The notes under the pieces: model-generated
Told to the model about the DNA's origin: nothing
The model's input: only the letters and a program-made list of their open reading frames with translations
Databases searched by the model: none
Made by a program: the position numbers and the translations under genes
Part shown: piece by piece, positions 47,692-56,608 of the stretch
Layout of the letters: each line of letters begins with the position of its first letter
Position numbering within the stretch: the first letter of the stretch is position 1
DNA from: an uncultured Methanosarcinales archaeon
GTDB lineage: Archaea; Nanobdellota; Nanobdellia; Woesearchaeales; DSVV01
Reading direction: 5' to 3'
Length of the DNA stretch: 64,000 nt
NCBI GenBank assembly: GCA_964452935.1
Contig: CAYVNO010000006.1
Span: 5,574 to 69,573, forward strand

Positions 47692-48933
47692 AAGATATTT
47701 CGATTGAGTTTCTGATAAAACATCTTTCTTAACTTCTAAAGATTCTAACTGTAATTCAGCAATATGGTTGTCTATGTCTGCTGGTAATTCATTAACACCA
47801 TTCTTCAATTTATCTGTATTCTTTATCCCATATTCAACTGCTAATGCTTGTCCACAAAATGATTGTGCCATAACAATGCTTGGATGACCTTCTGCAGCTG
47901 AAAGATTGCATAGACGACCAGAAGCAACTAAGAAAATCTTTCTTCCATTTTCTAAAGTGTATTCATCAAACTGAGGTCTTATCTCTCTTTTGTTAACTGC
48001 CATATTCTCTAATCCATCAACGTCAATTTCAATATCAAAATGACCCGAGTTAGCAATAATTGTACCTTCTTTCATAAGTTTCATATGTTCTGTGTTTATT
48101 ACATGTTTATTTCCTGTAACTGTCACAAAAACTTCACCTTGTTTTGCTGCCTCAACCATTGGCATTACTCTATATCCATCCATTTTTGCTTGCAATGCCC
48201 TAAGTGCATCAACTTCAGTCACAATAACATTTGCTCCCATTCCTTTTGCTCTAAGTGCAACACCTCTTCCACAAGGACCATATCCACAAACCACAAATGT
48301 TTTTCCAGCCAATAAAATGTTTGTAGCTCTTGTTATTCCATCTAATGTGCTGGCCCCAGTCCCATAGAAGTTATCAAACAAATGTTTTGTCTTTAGATCA
48401 TTAACAGCAAGAACTGGATAATTTAATGCACCATCTTTTTCCATTGCTTTGAGTCTTATAATGCCCGTTGATGTTTCCTCATTTCCGAACTTGATATTAG
48501 GAATAAGTTCTGGATAATTCTTATGAACTTCACTAACAAGATCACATCCATCATCTATTGTAACATTTGGCTTAAAATTGATAACATTTTTGATATATTT
48601 GTAATAATCTTCATTCGATTCTCCTTTATAGCCCCAGACTTTGACGCCTTCTTTTGCAAGGGCAGCAGCTACGTCATCCTGTGTACTAAGTGGATTACAC
48701 CCAGTAATAGCAACCTCTGCTCCTCCAGCAATTAATGTTCTAACTAAAACTGCTGTTTCCTTTGTTATGTGAAGTGCAATACTTATCTTCAATCCTTCCA
48801 ACGGCTTCTCTCTTGCAAACCTTTCTTTGACCTTCAACAACGCACCCATCTGCATCTCAGCCCACTCAATATTCTTCATACCTTGCTCTGCTAGACTCAT
48901 ATCCTTTACTTCATAATTTTCTCCTGTATCCAT
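47668..48933 (-). CDS. ahcY: Adenosylhomocysteinase
   Basis: Family colinearity (EWAEMQMGAL, CNPLSTQD, GYGPCGRG NAD motif). I place the start at the internal Met MDTGENY, which has GGAGG 8 nt upstream; the track ORF extends to 49041. Confidence 0.9.
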   Translation of the reverse strand: MDTGENYEVKDMSLAEQGMKNIEWAEMQMGALLKVKERFAREKPLEGLKISIALHITKETAVLVRTLIAGGAEVAITGCNPLSTQDDVAAALAKEGVKVWGYKGESNEDYYKYIKNVINFKPNVTIDDGCDLVSEVHKNYPELIPNIKFGNEETSTGIIRLKAMEKDGALNYPVLAVNDLKTKHLFDNFYGTGASTLDGITRATNILLAGKTFVVCGYGPCGRGVALRAKGMGANVIVTEVDALRALQAKMDGYRVMPMVEAAKQGEVFVTVTGNKHVINTEHMKLMKEGTIIANSGHFDIEIDVDGLENMAVNKREIRPQFDEYTLENGRKIFLVASGRLCNLSAAEGHPSIVMAQSFCGQALAVEYGIKNTDKLKNGVNELPADIDNHIAELQLESLEVKKDVLSETQSKYLSSWEEGT

Positions 48934-49187
48934 TTTACAACCTCCATAAATGTTATTCAATTCAGAATCATGTGGACACTTATAAAGATTAACAATTAAA
49001 AAATAGACAATGTCCATATTATTATCTATTTTCATGGACAAAAACCAAAAGGTTTAAATATAAGCTGTACAGGTTATAATTTCAGAGTCGTGGAGATCAG
49101 TACGCTTATTCGCTCTGGTCTGAGGGGGGTCGAGGCTTCATATTCGCCAAACCCAATCACTTGTTGGCGCAGTGTAATTTACCCACA

Positions 49188-49201
49188 GATCAGAGCTGAT
49201 C
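49188..49201 (+). promoter_or_regulatory. Perfect palindrome GATCAG-AG-CTGATC immediately upstream of the lrp-like start codon
   Basis: Seen directly. A GATCAG half-site also occurs near 49094. Confidence 0.3.
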
Positions 49202-49204
49202 ATT

Positions 49205-49627
49205 ATGAAACTAGATGAAACAGACCACAAGATTATTGCAGTACTTAAGCAAGACGCAAGAACTTCTATCAGAGATATTGCAAAGCAACTAAAACTCAGA
49301 CCTTCTACAGTCCATCTAAGGATAACAAAACTAAAAAGAGATAATATTATAGAAAAATTCACATTAAAACTAAACAACAAAGCAGTCAATGAAAACTTTA
49401 TTGTGTTTATATTCATTGCAACAGATAAAATAATCCCAAACACAGCATTCAAAAGCAAACATGTCAGAGAGGTCTTCGGAATAACCGGAGAATTCGATAT
49501 ATTAATAAAGTCCAAGTTCAAAGACATCGAAGAATTCAATAATTTTATTTTGGACTTCAGAAAAAAATACAATTTGAAAAAAACATTAACACAAATTGCA
49601 ACCGCAACAATAAAAGAGGAACTATGA
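49205..49627 (+). CDS. Lrp/AsnC family transcriptional regulator
   Basis: LDETDHKIIAVLKQDARTSIRDIAKQLKLRPSTVHLRITKL (HTH) plus a C-terminal RAM-like domain. Confidence 0.85.
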   Translation: MKLDETDHKIIAVLKQDARTSIRDIAKQLKLRPSTVHLRITKLKRDNIIEKFTLKLNNKAVNENFIVFIFIATDKIIPNTAFKSKHVREVFGITGEFDILIKSKFKDIEEFNNFILDFRKKYNLKKTLTQIATATIKEEL

Positions 49628-49950
49628 TGGCATTCGAACAAGCAGGAGCTGAAAGTGCTACAACAACTCCACAACAAACAAGTATTGATGGTGTTATACT
49701 CCTTGATGTAGCTATATCTCATGAGGATGAATTATATTTAATGTGTGGAAGAACATTTCGAGCAATATCCCAACAAGGCCCAATAACATATGATACTCTA
49801 TCAACTTATCTAAGAGGCCATCTAACAACAGAATTAGATAGACAGCTATTTGATAGATCAATAGGAGATTTATTAAATGCAGATTTCATCGAATTAACAG
49901 AACTAACCCCTCCAACATATAGAAAAAGAGAAACCAGGCAAGAATACTAA
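49624..49950 (+). CDS. Hypothetical protein
   Basis: ORF track. ATGA start/stop overlap with the lrp-like gene suggests co-translation. Confidence 0.4.
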   Translation: MMAFEQAGAESATTTPQQTSIDGVILLDVAISHEDELYLMCGRTFRAISQQGPITYDTLSTYLRGHLTTELDRQLFDRSIGDLLNADFIELTELTPPTYRKRETRQEY

Positions 49951-49951
49951 A

Positions 49952-50065
49952 ATGAACAAAAAAGCCCACCACGAACTTGGTTGGACACCTTATGCAATTG
50001 CATTGGCTTTCTTAGCATTAATTGCAGTATTCTTTAAAAAAATCTATAGAAAATTAAAGAACTAA
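49952..50065 (+). CDS. Possible 37-aa single-pass membrane peptide
   Basis: Hand-read ORF MNKKAHHELGWTPYAIALAFLALIAVFFKKIYRKLKN starting 1 nt after the previous stop. Below the track cutoff. Confidence 0.25.
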   Translation: MNKKAHHELGWTPYAIALAFLALIAVFFKKIYRKLKN

Positions 50066-50955
50066 AACTCTCTCATCTCAACAAACTCTTTAAATCTATT
50101 CTCAATCTCCTCATTACTTAAGGTCTTCATTCTCTCCAAAGAAAAGTCTTCTGCATTAAACGAAGCAATAACACTCCCATACACAACTGCTTTTCTTAAG
50201 TTTGTCTCAGAAATATCATCTGTCTTAGCAAGATACCCAATAAACCCACCAGCAAAACTATCTCCGCAGCCAGTGGGATCTTTTAAAAACTCCAATGGAT
50301 ATCCTGGAGCATTGAAATGTTTTCCATCTGAAAACAACAGTGCTCCATGTTCCCCTTTTTTTATTATCACAAACTTCGGCCCAAGAGCCAAAGCCTCTTT
50401 CCCGCACTTGACTAAGCTAACAGTATCAAATAACTGTCTTGCCTCTCCGTCATTTAATAATAAAACATCAACCTTCTTGATAACTTCTAATAATTTATCC
50501 TTTTTTGTATCAATCCAAAAATTCATTGTATCCATAACAATCAATTTTGGCTCTTTAACTTGATCAATAACTTTTAATTGTATTTCTGGATCTATATTTG
50601 CTAAAAAAATGTATTTCACATTTCTGTATTCTTCAGGCAATACAGGATCAAAATCAAGAACAGAGTTTAATTCAGTCTTTAAAGTCTTTGCTTCATTCAT
50701 ATCATATTCATACTCTCCTCCCCACCTGAATGTTTTACCTTTTACTTCTAACCCTTTCAAACAAATATCTTTTTGAATGAGGATCTCTTTATCTCTAAAA
50801 TCTTCTCCAGCTATAGATATCATTCCTGGTTTTGCAAAGAATGAAGCAGACACAGAAGCATAAACCGCAGCCCCACCTAATACATCTTTTCTAAAACCAA
50901 AAGGAGTCTTAACATCATCATATCCAACAGTTCCTGCAATAATAACATCAACCAT
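50062..50955 (-). CDS. PfkB/ribokinase family sugar or nucleoside kinase
   Basis: DPTGCGDSFAGGFIGYL signature plus an N-terminal GGAAVYAS motif. Confidence 0.85.
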   Translation of the reverse strand: MVDVIIAGTVGYDDVKTPFGFRKDVLGGAAVYASVSASFFAKPGMISIAGEDFRDKEILIQKDICLKGLEVKGKTFRWGGEYEYDMNEAKTLKTELNSVLDFDPVLPEEYRNVKYIFLANIDPEIQLKVIDQVKEPKLIVMDTMNFWIDTKKDKLLEVIKKVDVLLLNDGEARQLFDTVSLVKCGKEALALGPKFVIIKKGEHGALLFSDGKHFNAPGYPLEFLKDPTGCGDSFAGGFIGYLAKTDDISETNLRKAVVYGSVIASFNAEDFSLERMKTLSNEEIENRFKEFVEMREF

Positions 50956-51004
50956 TTTAATTAGAATAAAGAGATTGTTTTTAAGTTTTTTGTATTAATA
51001 ACAA

Positions 51005-51098
51005 TAATGCTGCCAAGTGAAGTCCGAGATTCTGGTTGTAAATAAGCTAAAAGTTACTGACAATAGAGAACTACACTGAGACACGGAACGCAGCATTA
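51005..51098. repeat. Copy E2 of the structured intergenic repeat family
   Basis: 5' TAATGCTGC pairs perfectly with 3' GCAGCATTA. Blocks CTGCCAAG, CTAAAAGTTACTGA and ACACGGAACGCAG. T-rich tract follows. Confidence 0.6.
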
Positions 51099-51121
51099 AT
51101 GTCATTTGTTTTGTTGTTTGA

Positions 51122-51439
51122 TTAATATGTATGAATAGAATTTAAGTATTCTCTTGTATATTGTTCCGTCTTAGCAACCATCCTTCTTTCATCTCTTAAC
51201 AACTCAACCCTCTCATTTGCAGCACCTTTAATAAAATGACCTGCAGTATAAGCCAAAGCACCAAACAATGCAGCATTAGCATCTGCATAATAACTACTCA
51301 CAGAAGCATTTCCTGTAACAGTTGAATGAACAACATCTACTGCTGTAAGAGTAATAGCGGCAATACCTACTGCCTTTAAACCAGTAATAAACAACTTATC
51401 TACTAAAGTTAACTTAGCCTCCGGTAATACTTCTTCCAT
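51122..51439 (-). CDS. Hypothetical membrane protein
   Basis: ORF track. Hydrophobic Ala/Gly-rich helices. Confidence 0.4.
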   Translation of the reverse strand: MEEVLPEAKLTLVDKLFITGLKAVGIAAITLTAVDVVHSTVTGNASVSSYYADANAALFGALAYTAGHFIKGAANERVELLRDERRMVAKTEQYTREYLNSIHTY

Positions 51440-51474
51440 AATAAACTAATTAACTCAGAAATATATAAATTTTC

Positions 51475-52269
51475 CTATTTCTTCTTTATCTTCCCATCCT
51501 TATCAATATAACTATCATTCATCTCATTCAGAATCTCTTTCTCAGCCTTCTTTGCTTTCTTCTCTTCTGCTTTCTTCACCTTCTCTTCTAACTTCTTCTC
51601 TTTCTCTTCTTCTTTAACCTCTTCCTCAATTACCTCTCTAACTGCAGCAACCTTTTCTTCAACTATATCCTTTGACTTTGGAACAAAAACACCAATCACT
51701 TTAAAGCCAGCAAACAACAACCCAAACATAAACAACGCTGAGTAAACAGTAATAATATCAAAAGGAATCTTAAATGCACCTTCTGCTAAATTTGTATAAA
51801 CTAAAATTATTGCCACATATGCTGTAACATTCACAGGCAGTGCCGACGAAATCAAAAAAGCTAATTTCTTAGGCATAACATGGAAGAAATTAAAAAACAT
51901 TAACCCTAATCCCCACAAACCAACAACTACTGCCATAATAACAACAGGATGAACTATTGCAAAAACCTCATTAACATCAGATATCGAACCAATCGTACTC
52001 AATAATTCGGGACTTTTGCCATAGATATGTCTAAATAAATCAATCGCTATAAACATAAGAACAATAGAATTCCCAACAGCAGTATTCCATCCTAGCTCTT
52101 CCACCTTATACCTATTGAAATAAAACTCCATAACTACTAAAGTAAAAATCAACGGTAGAATTATCCAAATCATCTCATGATATTGTGCAGGAGCAGTAAC
52201 TAAATCAATAAATCTCTCCCAAATAGCATTAACCGCAGGCATTAACTGTTCATTAACAAACTCACTCAT
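51475..52269 (-). CDS. Polytopic membrane protein with a Lys/Glu-rich C-terminal tail
   Basis: ORF track. About 6 hydrophobic segments, then a EEEVKEEEKEKKLEEKVKKAEEKKAKKAEKE tail. Confidence 0.5.
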   Translation of the reverse strand: MSEFVNEQLMPAVNAIWERFIDLVTAPAQYHEMIWIILPLIFTLVVMEFYFNRYKVEELGWNTAVGNSIVLMFIAIDLFRHIYGKSPELLSTIGSISDVNEVFAIVHPVVIMAVVVGLWGLGLMFFNFFHVMPKKLAFLISSALPVNVTAYVAIILVYTNLAEGAFKIPFDIITVYSALFMFGLLFAGFKVIGVFVPKSKDIVEEKVAAVREVIEEEVKEEEKEKKLEEKVKKAEEKKAKKAEKEILNEMNDSYIDKDGKIKKK

Positions 52270-52327
52270 ATGTATTCCCTTTATAAATGACTATTTAAAT
52301 CTTTCCATAGCCTTATAGCTTTGAGTA

Positions 52328-52425
52328 GCACCACTGCCAAGCGCAGTCCAATTATATCAACATAACTAAAACTAAAAGTTACTGAGAATGTAATAATTAT
52401 TCATAGACACGGAGCGCAGTGGCGC
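52328..52425. repeat. Copy E3 of the structured intergenic repeat family
   Basis: 5' GCACCACTGC pairs with 3' GCAGTGGCGC (one mismatch). Blocks CTGCCAAG, CTAAAAGTTACTGA and ACACGGAGCGCAG. Confidence 0.6.
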
Positions 52426-52474
52426 TATACTGCCCATAGCAACCTTTATAAATAAATAACAATTATCCTGTATA

Positions 52475-53389
52475 ATGCCAATAAACATATACAAAACATT
52501 ATTTGGAATAATTGTAACGGAGAACAAGAAAGTAATAAAGAAACATATATTCAAATCTCTAAAAGAGTACAAAAATTCTGAAACTCTTTTTGGCAAAACA
52601 AAGAAACAGTACCCTAAAGCAAACATTGCAAAGAAGTTTCCTAAAAAACCAGAATTCTTTAAGGAATTCCACCAATATAATATTATGAACACCAAACAAC
52701 TAATCAAAGATTCCACAAAAAAAGACAATATGATCACACAAGCAGTAAACAATATTGATGATATCGAAAGAATAAAAAACAATCTAACAAAAAGATTAAG
52801 GGAGTGGTATTCATTCTATCTTCCAGAACTAGATAAAATAATAACAAACAATGATAAATATGTAAAACTAGTTTTAACACAAACAAAAGAACAATTAATA
52901 GATGGATTTAAAATAAAACAAACAATGGGTGCAGACTTTTCAAAGAATGATTTAGAACCCATTAAGAAATTAGCAAAAAAGATACAAGAAATGCAAGAAT
53001 TACAAGATTCTCATAAAGAATATTTAGAAAAAACAATGATGGACTTGTGCCCAAATTTAACAACAGTCGCTGGATCACTAATTGGAGCAAGACTAATGAC
53101 ACATGCAGGTTCAATCAAGAAACTTGCAGAAATGCCTGCCTCAACTATTCAATTATTAGGGGCAGAAAAAGCATTATTCAGACATTTAAAAACAAAAGCA
53201 AGATGTCCAAGACATGGATTAATAATAAATCATCCATTATTAGCAAACGCAAAACAAAAAGATCACGGAAAAATAGCTCGACATCTAGCAAGTTCAATGG
53301 CATTAGCTGCAAGAGTTGATTTTTTCCAAGGAGATCCTAACACAGGATTTAAATTAAGAGAAAAATTAGATAAACTATTCGGAAAATGA
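52475..53389 (+). CDS. nop5: Nop5 (Nop56/58) box C/D RNP protein
   Basis: C-terminal Nop domain motifs (AGSLIGARLMTHAGSIKKLA, LGAEKALFRHLKT, GLIINHPL). ATGA overlap with fibrillarin. Confidence 0.85.
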   Translation: MPINIYKTLFGIIVTENKKVIKKHIFKSLKEYKNSETLFGKTKKQYPKANIAKKFPKKPEFFKEFHQYNIMNTKQLIKDSTKKDNMITQAVNNIDDIERIKNNLTKRLREWYSFYLPELDKIITNNDKYVKLVLTQTKEQLIDGFKIKQTMGADFSKNDLEPIKKLAKKIQEMQELQDSHKEYLEKTMMDLCPNLTTVAGSLIGARLMTHAGSIKKLAEMPASTIQLLGAEKALFRHLKTKARCPRHGLIINHPLLANAKQKDHGKIARHLASSMALAARVDFFQGDPNTGFKLREKLDKLFGK

Positions 53390-54054
53390 AACCAACAAAA
53401 CACAAGAACATATTTATGGAAAAAAGAAAGAGTGTATACTATTACACTAAGAATTTAGTTAGAGGTAAAGATGTTTATGGAGAAAGATTAGTAAGAGAAC
53501 AAGGAACAGAATACAGAGAATGGGATCTTACACGTTCAAAACTTGCAGCAGCGATTGCTAAAGATATACAAGAGATAAAATTAGGAGATGCGGTGCTGTA
53601 TTTAGGAGCTTCAACAGGAACAACTGTTTCACATGTATCAGATATTTTAGGAAAAAAAGGAATTGTCTTTGCAATTGAATTTGCACCAAGAGTATTAAGA
53701 GATCTAGTATTCTTAGCAGAAAAAAGACAAAATATTGCACCAATTCTAGCCGACGCAAACCAACCAAATAACTATGCAGATAAGGTTTGTGAATGTGATT
53801 TCCTATTCCAAGACATTGCACAAAGAAACCAGGTAGATATCTTTATTAAAAATCTAAAATTCTTAAAAATGAATGGCCAAGCAATGCTAGCAGTCAAAGC
53901 AAGAAGCATTGACGTAACAAAGAATCCAAAAGTAATCTTTGAACAAGTTAAAAAGAAATTGCAACAGAATAAACAGATAAAGATTCTAGGTTACACAGAA
54001 CTTTTCCCATATGAAAAAGATCACTGTGTTTTTCTGTGTGAAAAAGTTAATTAG
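53386..54054 (+). CDS. flpA: Fibrillarin, rRNA/tRNA 2'-O-methyltransferase
   Basis: YREWDLTRSKLAAAI, LYLGASTGTTVSHVSDI and FAIEFAPR motifs. Confidence 0.9.
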   Translation: MKPTKHKNIFMEKRKSVYYYTKNLVRGKDVYGERLVREQGTEYREWDLTRSKLAAAIAKDIQEIKLGDAVLYLGASTGTTVSHVSDILGKKGIVFAIEFAPRVLRDLVFLAEKRQNIAPILADANQPNNYADKVCECDFLFQDIAQRNQVDIFIKNLKFLKMNGQAMLAVKARSIDVTKNPKVIFEQVKKKLQQNKQIKILGYTELFPYEKDHCVFLCEKVN

Positions 54055-54071
54055 TAACCTTTAAAAAAGCA
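54055..54071 (+). promoter_or_regulatory. Promoter motif TAACCTTTAAAAAAGCA (TATA box), 18 nt upstream of ATG 54090
   Basis: An identical 17-mer with identical spacing recurs at 54444..54460. Confidence 0.55.
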
Positions 54072-54089
54072 ATCAAATTACTTCTTAAC

Positions 54090-54446
54090 ATGGAACACGT
54101 AACATTACAAGATGGGAAGTTTATTCAAGTCTATGTTAAAGATGAACCTTATCTGATGTCAGCTCCAGAGAACAGGTTTCATGGAGATATGTTAGAAGAT
54201 TTATTAAAAGAATTAAAGATAGAATACTCTACTTTTACTAAAGGGACTAGACAACTTCCTGAAGCAGAAGGTGAAGATTATCATATGGTTGGTGCAGGTG
54301 CTATAATGGATGTTTCACCAACTTCTTATTTGTTAACTGGAGAAAGTTTTGATTATGGTCTAAAACCAAACCAAGAACACTTAGATGATGTTAAACCACA
54401 TATTCCAGACGGAATCGAATTAAAAGTCAGTAATTTTACTCCATAA
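54090..54446 (+). CDS. Hypothetical acidic protein
   Basis: ORF track plus its own promoter motif. No family recognised. Confidence 0.45.
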   Translation: MEHVTLQDGKFIQVYVKDEPYLMSAPENRFHGDMLEDLLKELKIEYSTFTKGTRQLPEAEGEDYHMVGAGAIMDVSPTSYLLTGESFDYGLKPNQEHLDDVKPHIPDGIELKVSNFTP

Positions 54447-54460
54447 CCTTTAAAAAAGCA
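54444..54460 (+). promoter_or_regulatory. Promoter motif TAACCTTTAAAAAAGCA (second copy), 18 nt upstream of ATG 54479
   Basis: Exact repeat of 54055..54071. The TAA is the stop codon of the preceding ORF. Confidence 0.55.
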
Positions 54461-54478
54461 GTTCTATTCCTCTCTTCT

Positions 54479-55321
54479 ATGTCAGTAACAAGAATTCACC
54501 CAGGTGCAGAACCAGTTGAAAATCCTGCAATATCATTTTTAGAAGGGATAGGGACAGAAGGAAGATTCCACAACCCTTATTCATCAAGGGCTGAATACAA
54601 CAGAAGATTAAAAGAATTCCTAGAACTACAAAAAGAATTATTATCTTTATTAGGTCATGATATCAATTCAAATAATTTAGATGAAATGGTAAATCAGGTA
54701 CGTAGTATTGGGATTTATCCATCACAAAGCTCACAAATAGATCAAATTGTTTTGGATAAAATATTTCCAAGTGACTGGAGAGATAATCTAACAGAATATG
54801 AAATAATTGATGGAAATGGATTTGGACACAGAGCAAGAAAAAGTGAATTCAGATGGGATAAAATAGAATTCATTTATCGATGGCAAGGAGGAAGATACCT
54901 TTGCTGTAGTTTACTAAAAGATCCTTACTCTGAACCTGAACTAACTACTGCAGCAGAAAAAGCAATAGAAATCTATGAAACATTAGAATTCTCAGAACAT
55001 CTTTACGGAATAAGATATTGGGGACCAAATCCAATGGATACTTTTCTAGAATCATTCTTAAACATTATCGGAAGAATAGCTCCTAGAAGAATTCCTGATG
55101 AAGAAATTCCAGATAAGATAAAAAAAGCCAAAGTTCAAGGATACTTTAATACAGATCTTCCAGGAAAAACATACGTTGCAGTCGAACTACCAGATGAAAC
55201 AAGATTGAGATTATTCAATGCAGACAGATCACAATTCCCAGACATAATTGAACAAGGAGATTATGTCTGGTGCAAAAGAGATTTTAACAGAGATGGAGAG
55301 TTACTAAGTGTTGGTTTATAA
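54479..55321 (+). CDS. Hypothetical protein
   Basis: ORF track. No family recognised. Confidence 0.5.
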   Translation: MSVTRIHPGAEPVENPAISFLEGIGTEGRFHNPYSSRAEYNRRLKEFLELQKELLSLLGHDINSNNLDEMVNQVRSIGIYPSQSSQIDQIVLDKIFPSDWRDNLTEYEIIDGNGFGHRARKSEFRWDKIEFIYRWQGGRYLCCSLLKDPYSEPELTTAAEKAIEIYETLEFSEHLYGIRYWGPNPMDTFLESFLNIIGRIAPRRIPDEEIPDKIKKAKVQGYFNTDLPGKTYVAVELPDETRLRLFNADRSQFPDIIEQGDYVWCKRDFNRDGELLSVGL

Positions 55322-55359
55322 ACACAAAACTTTTTAAACTAATTCTCTATAACAATATT

Positions 55360-55845
55360 ATGATAAGAAAAGCAAAACTCAAAGATCTAAACATTATAGT
55401 AAAACTCTTTGATGAATTTATGAAAGAACATGATAGAATTATTCTAAAAGTAGATCCAAAAATAAAACCACATCTTTCAAGAAACAAAGGAGCAAAACTA
55501 GATTTCAAAAACTTTATGAGAAAAAACATTAAATCAAAGAACGCCTTAGTTCTAATCGCAGAAGTTGATAAAAACGTTGCAGGTTATTGTTTAGCTAAGA
55601 TTGTAGATAACATCTCAATATTCACAATAGAAAAACTCGGACATATTAATGATATATATGTTAAAAAACAGTACCAAGGATTAAAAATATCCTCAAAATT
55701 CAAAAACACAATAATGCAATGGCTCAAAAAAAGAAAAATAAAATATTCATCACTACAAGTCAACATCCAAAACAAACACGCACACTCAATCTATAAAAAA
55801 TGGGGATATAAAGACTTTAAGATGGAAATGCGAAAGAAGATTTAA
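55360..55845 (+). CDS. GNAT family N-acetyltransferase
   Basis: The pattern INDIYVKKQYQGLKISSKF (acetyl-CoA binding Q/RxxGxG/A-like) and the size are typical of GNAT. Confidence 0.75.
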   Translation: MIRKAKLKDLNIIVKLFDEFMKEHDRIILKVDPKIKPHLSRNKGAKLDFKNFMRKNIKSKNALVLIAEVDKNVAGYCLAKIVDNISIFTIEKLGHINDIYVKKQYQGLKISSKFKNTIMQWLKKRKIKYSSLQVNIQNKHAHSIYKKWGYKDFKMEMRKKI

Positions 55846-56063
55846 CCAATTCTCAAAACCTTCTCCCTACTCCTCAACCCTTTCTTAATTCTAACTTTAC
55901 GACCCAACTCTTTAGAAACAAACTTAACTAACTCTTTGTTTGCTTTATCTTTGTCAGCAACAGCTTTAACATCTACTCTAACTTTGCCATCCTTAACATA
56001 AATCTTATTACATTTAGAATTAGGTTTAACAATTACTTTCAATAAACCATCTTTAATATCCAT
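55842..56063 (-). CDS. DUF167 (YggU-like) protein
   Basis: VKPNSK...VDVKAVADKDKANKELVKFVSKELG...GLRSREKVLRI matches the DUF167 pattern. Confidence 0.7.
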   Translation of the reverse strand: MDIKDGLLKVIVKPNSKCNKIYVKDGKVRVDVKAVADKDKANKELVKFVSKELGRKVRIKKGLRSREKVLRIG

Positions 56064-56064
56064 T

Positions 56065-56355
56065 CTAACTCATGGCTTTTTCCATCTTCTTAAGCACAGA
56101 GTCAATACCAACTAACAAATTCCTTTCAGTAATTTCTGTATCATAATCCTTATCAGCACTTAAATGCGCCTTTAATTCATACAATTCAGATGTCTCTCTT
56201 TCATGCACAGTCTTCATTGTTACTGTTATGCTCTTAAAATTTCCTCTGTCAGCAAACCCTTTGACATAATTCCCTACAACTTTTTTAATAATAATCATAG
56301 TTGCAGGATCAACTTCTCTAAACCCAGAAAGAGTTATATTACCACCAAGTTCCAT
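56065..56355 (-). CDS. Small alpha/beta protein, possibly HPF/RaiA (S30EA)-like
   Basis: The pattern NITLSGF.EV.P....I.KKV...V..F then ITVTM...YELKAHL...Y.TEI...L...IDSVLKKMEKA loosely recalls ribosome hibernation factors. Weak. Confidence 0.35.
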   Translation of the reverse strand: MELGGNITLSGFREVDPATMIIIKKVVGNYVKGFADRGNFKSITVTMKTVHERETSELYELKAHLSADKDYDTEITERNLLVGIDSVLKKMEKAMS

Positions 56356-56438
56356 TATCAGTCACCTCTATTATTAATTAAGAATTTACTAGTATATTTA
56401 ATATTTAAATGTTCCCCTAAAAAAGCATCGATGGCATT

Positions 56439-56547
56439 GTGAGTTATACTGCCAAGAGTCTTTATAATGCTATAATTAGAAAGCGCTAAAAGTTACTTGC
56501 GTACATAGATTATATGGCCTTATTACAAGACTCGCAGTATTACTCAC
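56439..56547. repeat. Copy E4 of the structured intergenic repeat family
   Basis: 5' GTGAGTTATACTGC pairs with 3' GCAGTATTACTCAC (one mismatch). An inner GAGTC/GACTC pair follows a CAA bulge. CTAAAAGTTACT block present. A CCTAAAAAAGCA promoter-like motif lies just upstream (56416..56427). Confidence 0.6.
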
Positions 56548-56608
56548 TTCCATCCCATAATCTTATTTACTATAAACCTTTATAAACCCATATATAACCC
56601 TTTATATA

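Noticed and set aside
49138-49722. 194-aa minus-strand ORF overlapping the lrp-like gene. The same applies to 52372..52782 (antisense to nop5), the alternative-frame ORFs 56797..57189, 56922..57221 and 56992..57387 within the methylthiotransferase gene, and 48040..48735 within ahcY.
   Set aside because: They overlap well-supported genes and have hydrophobic or low-complexity composition with no motifs.
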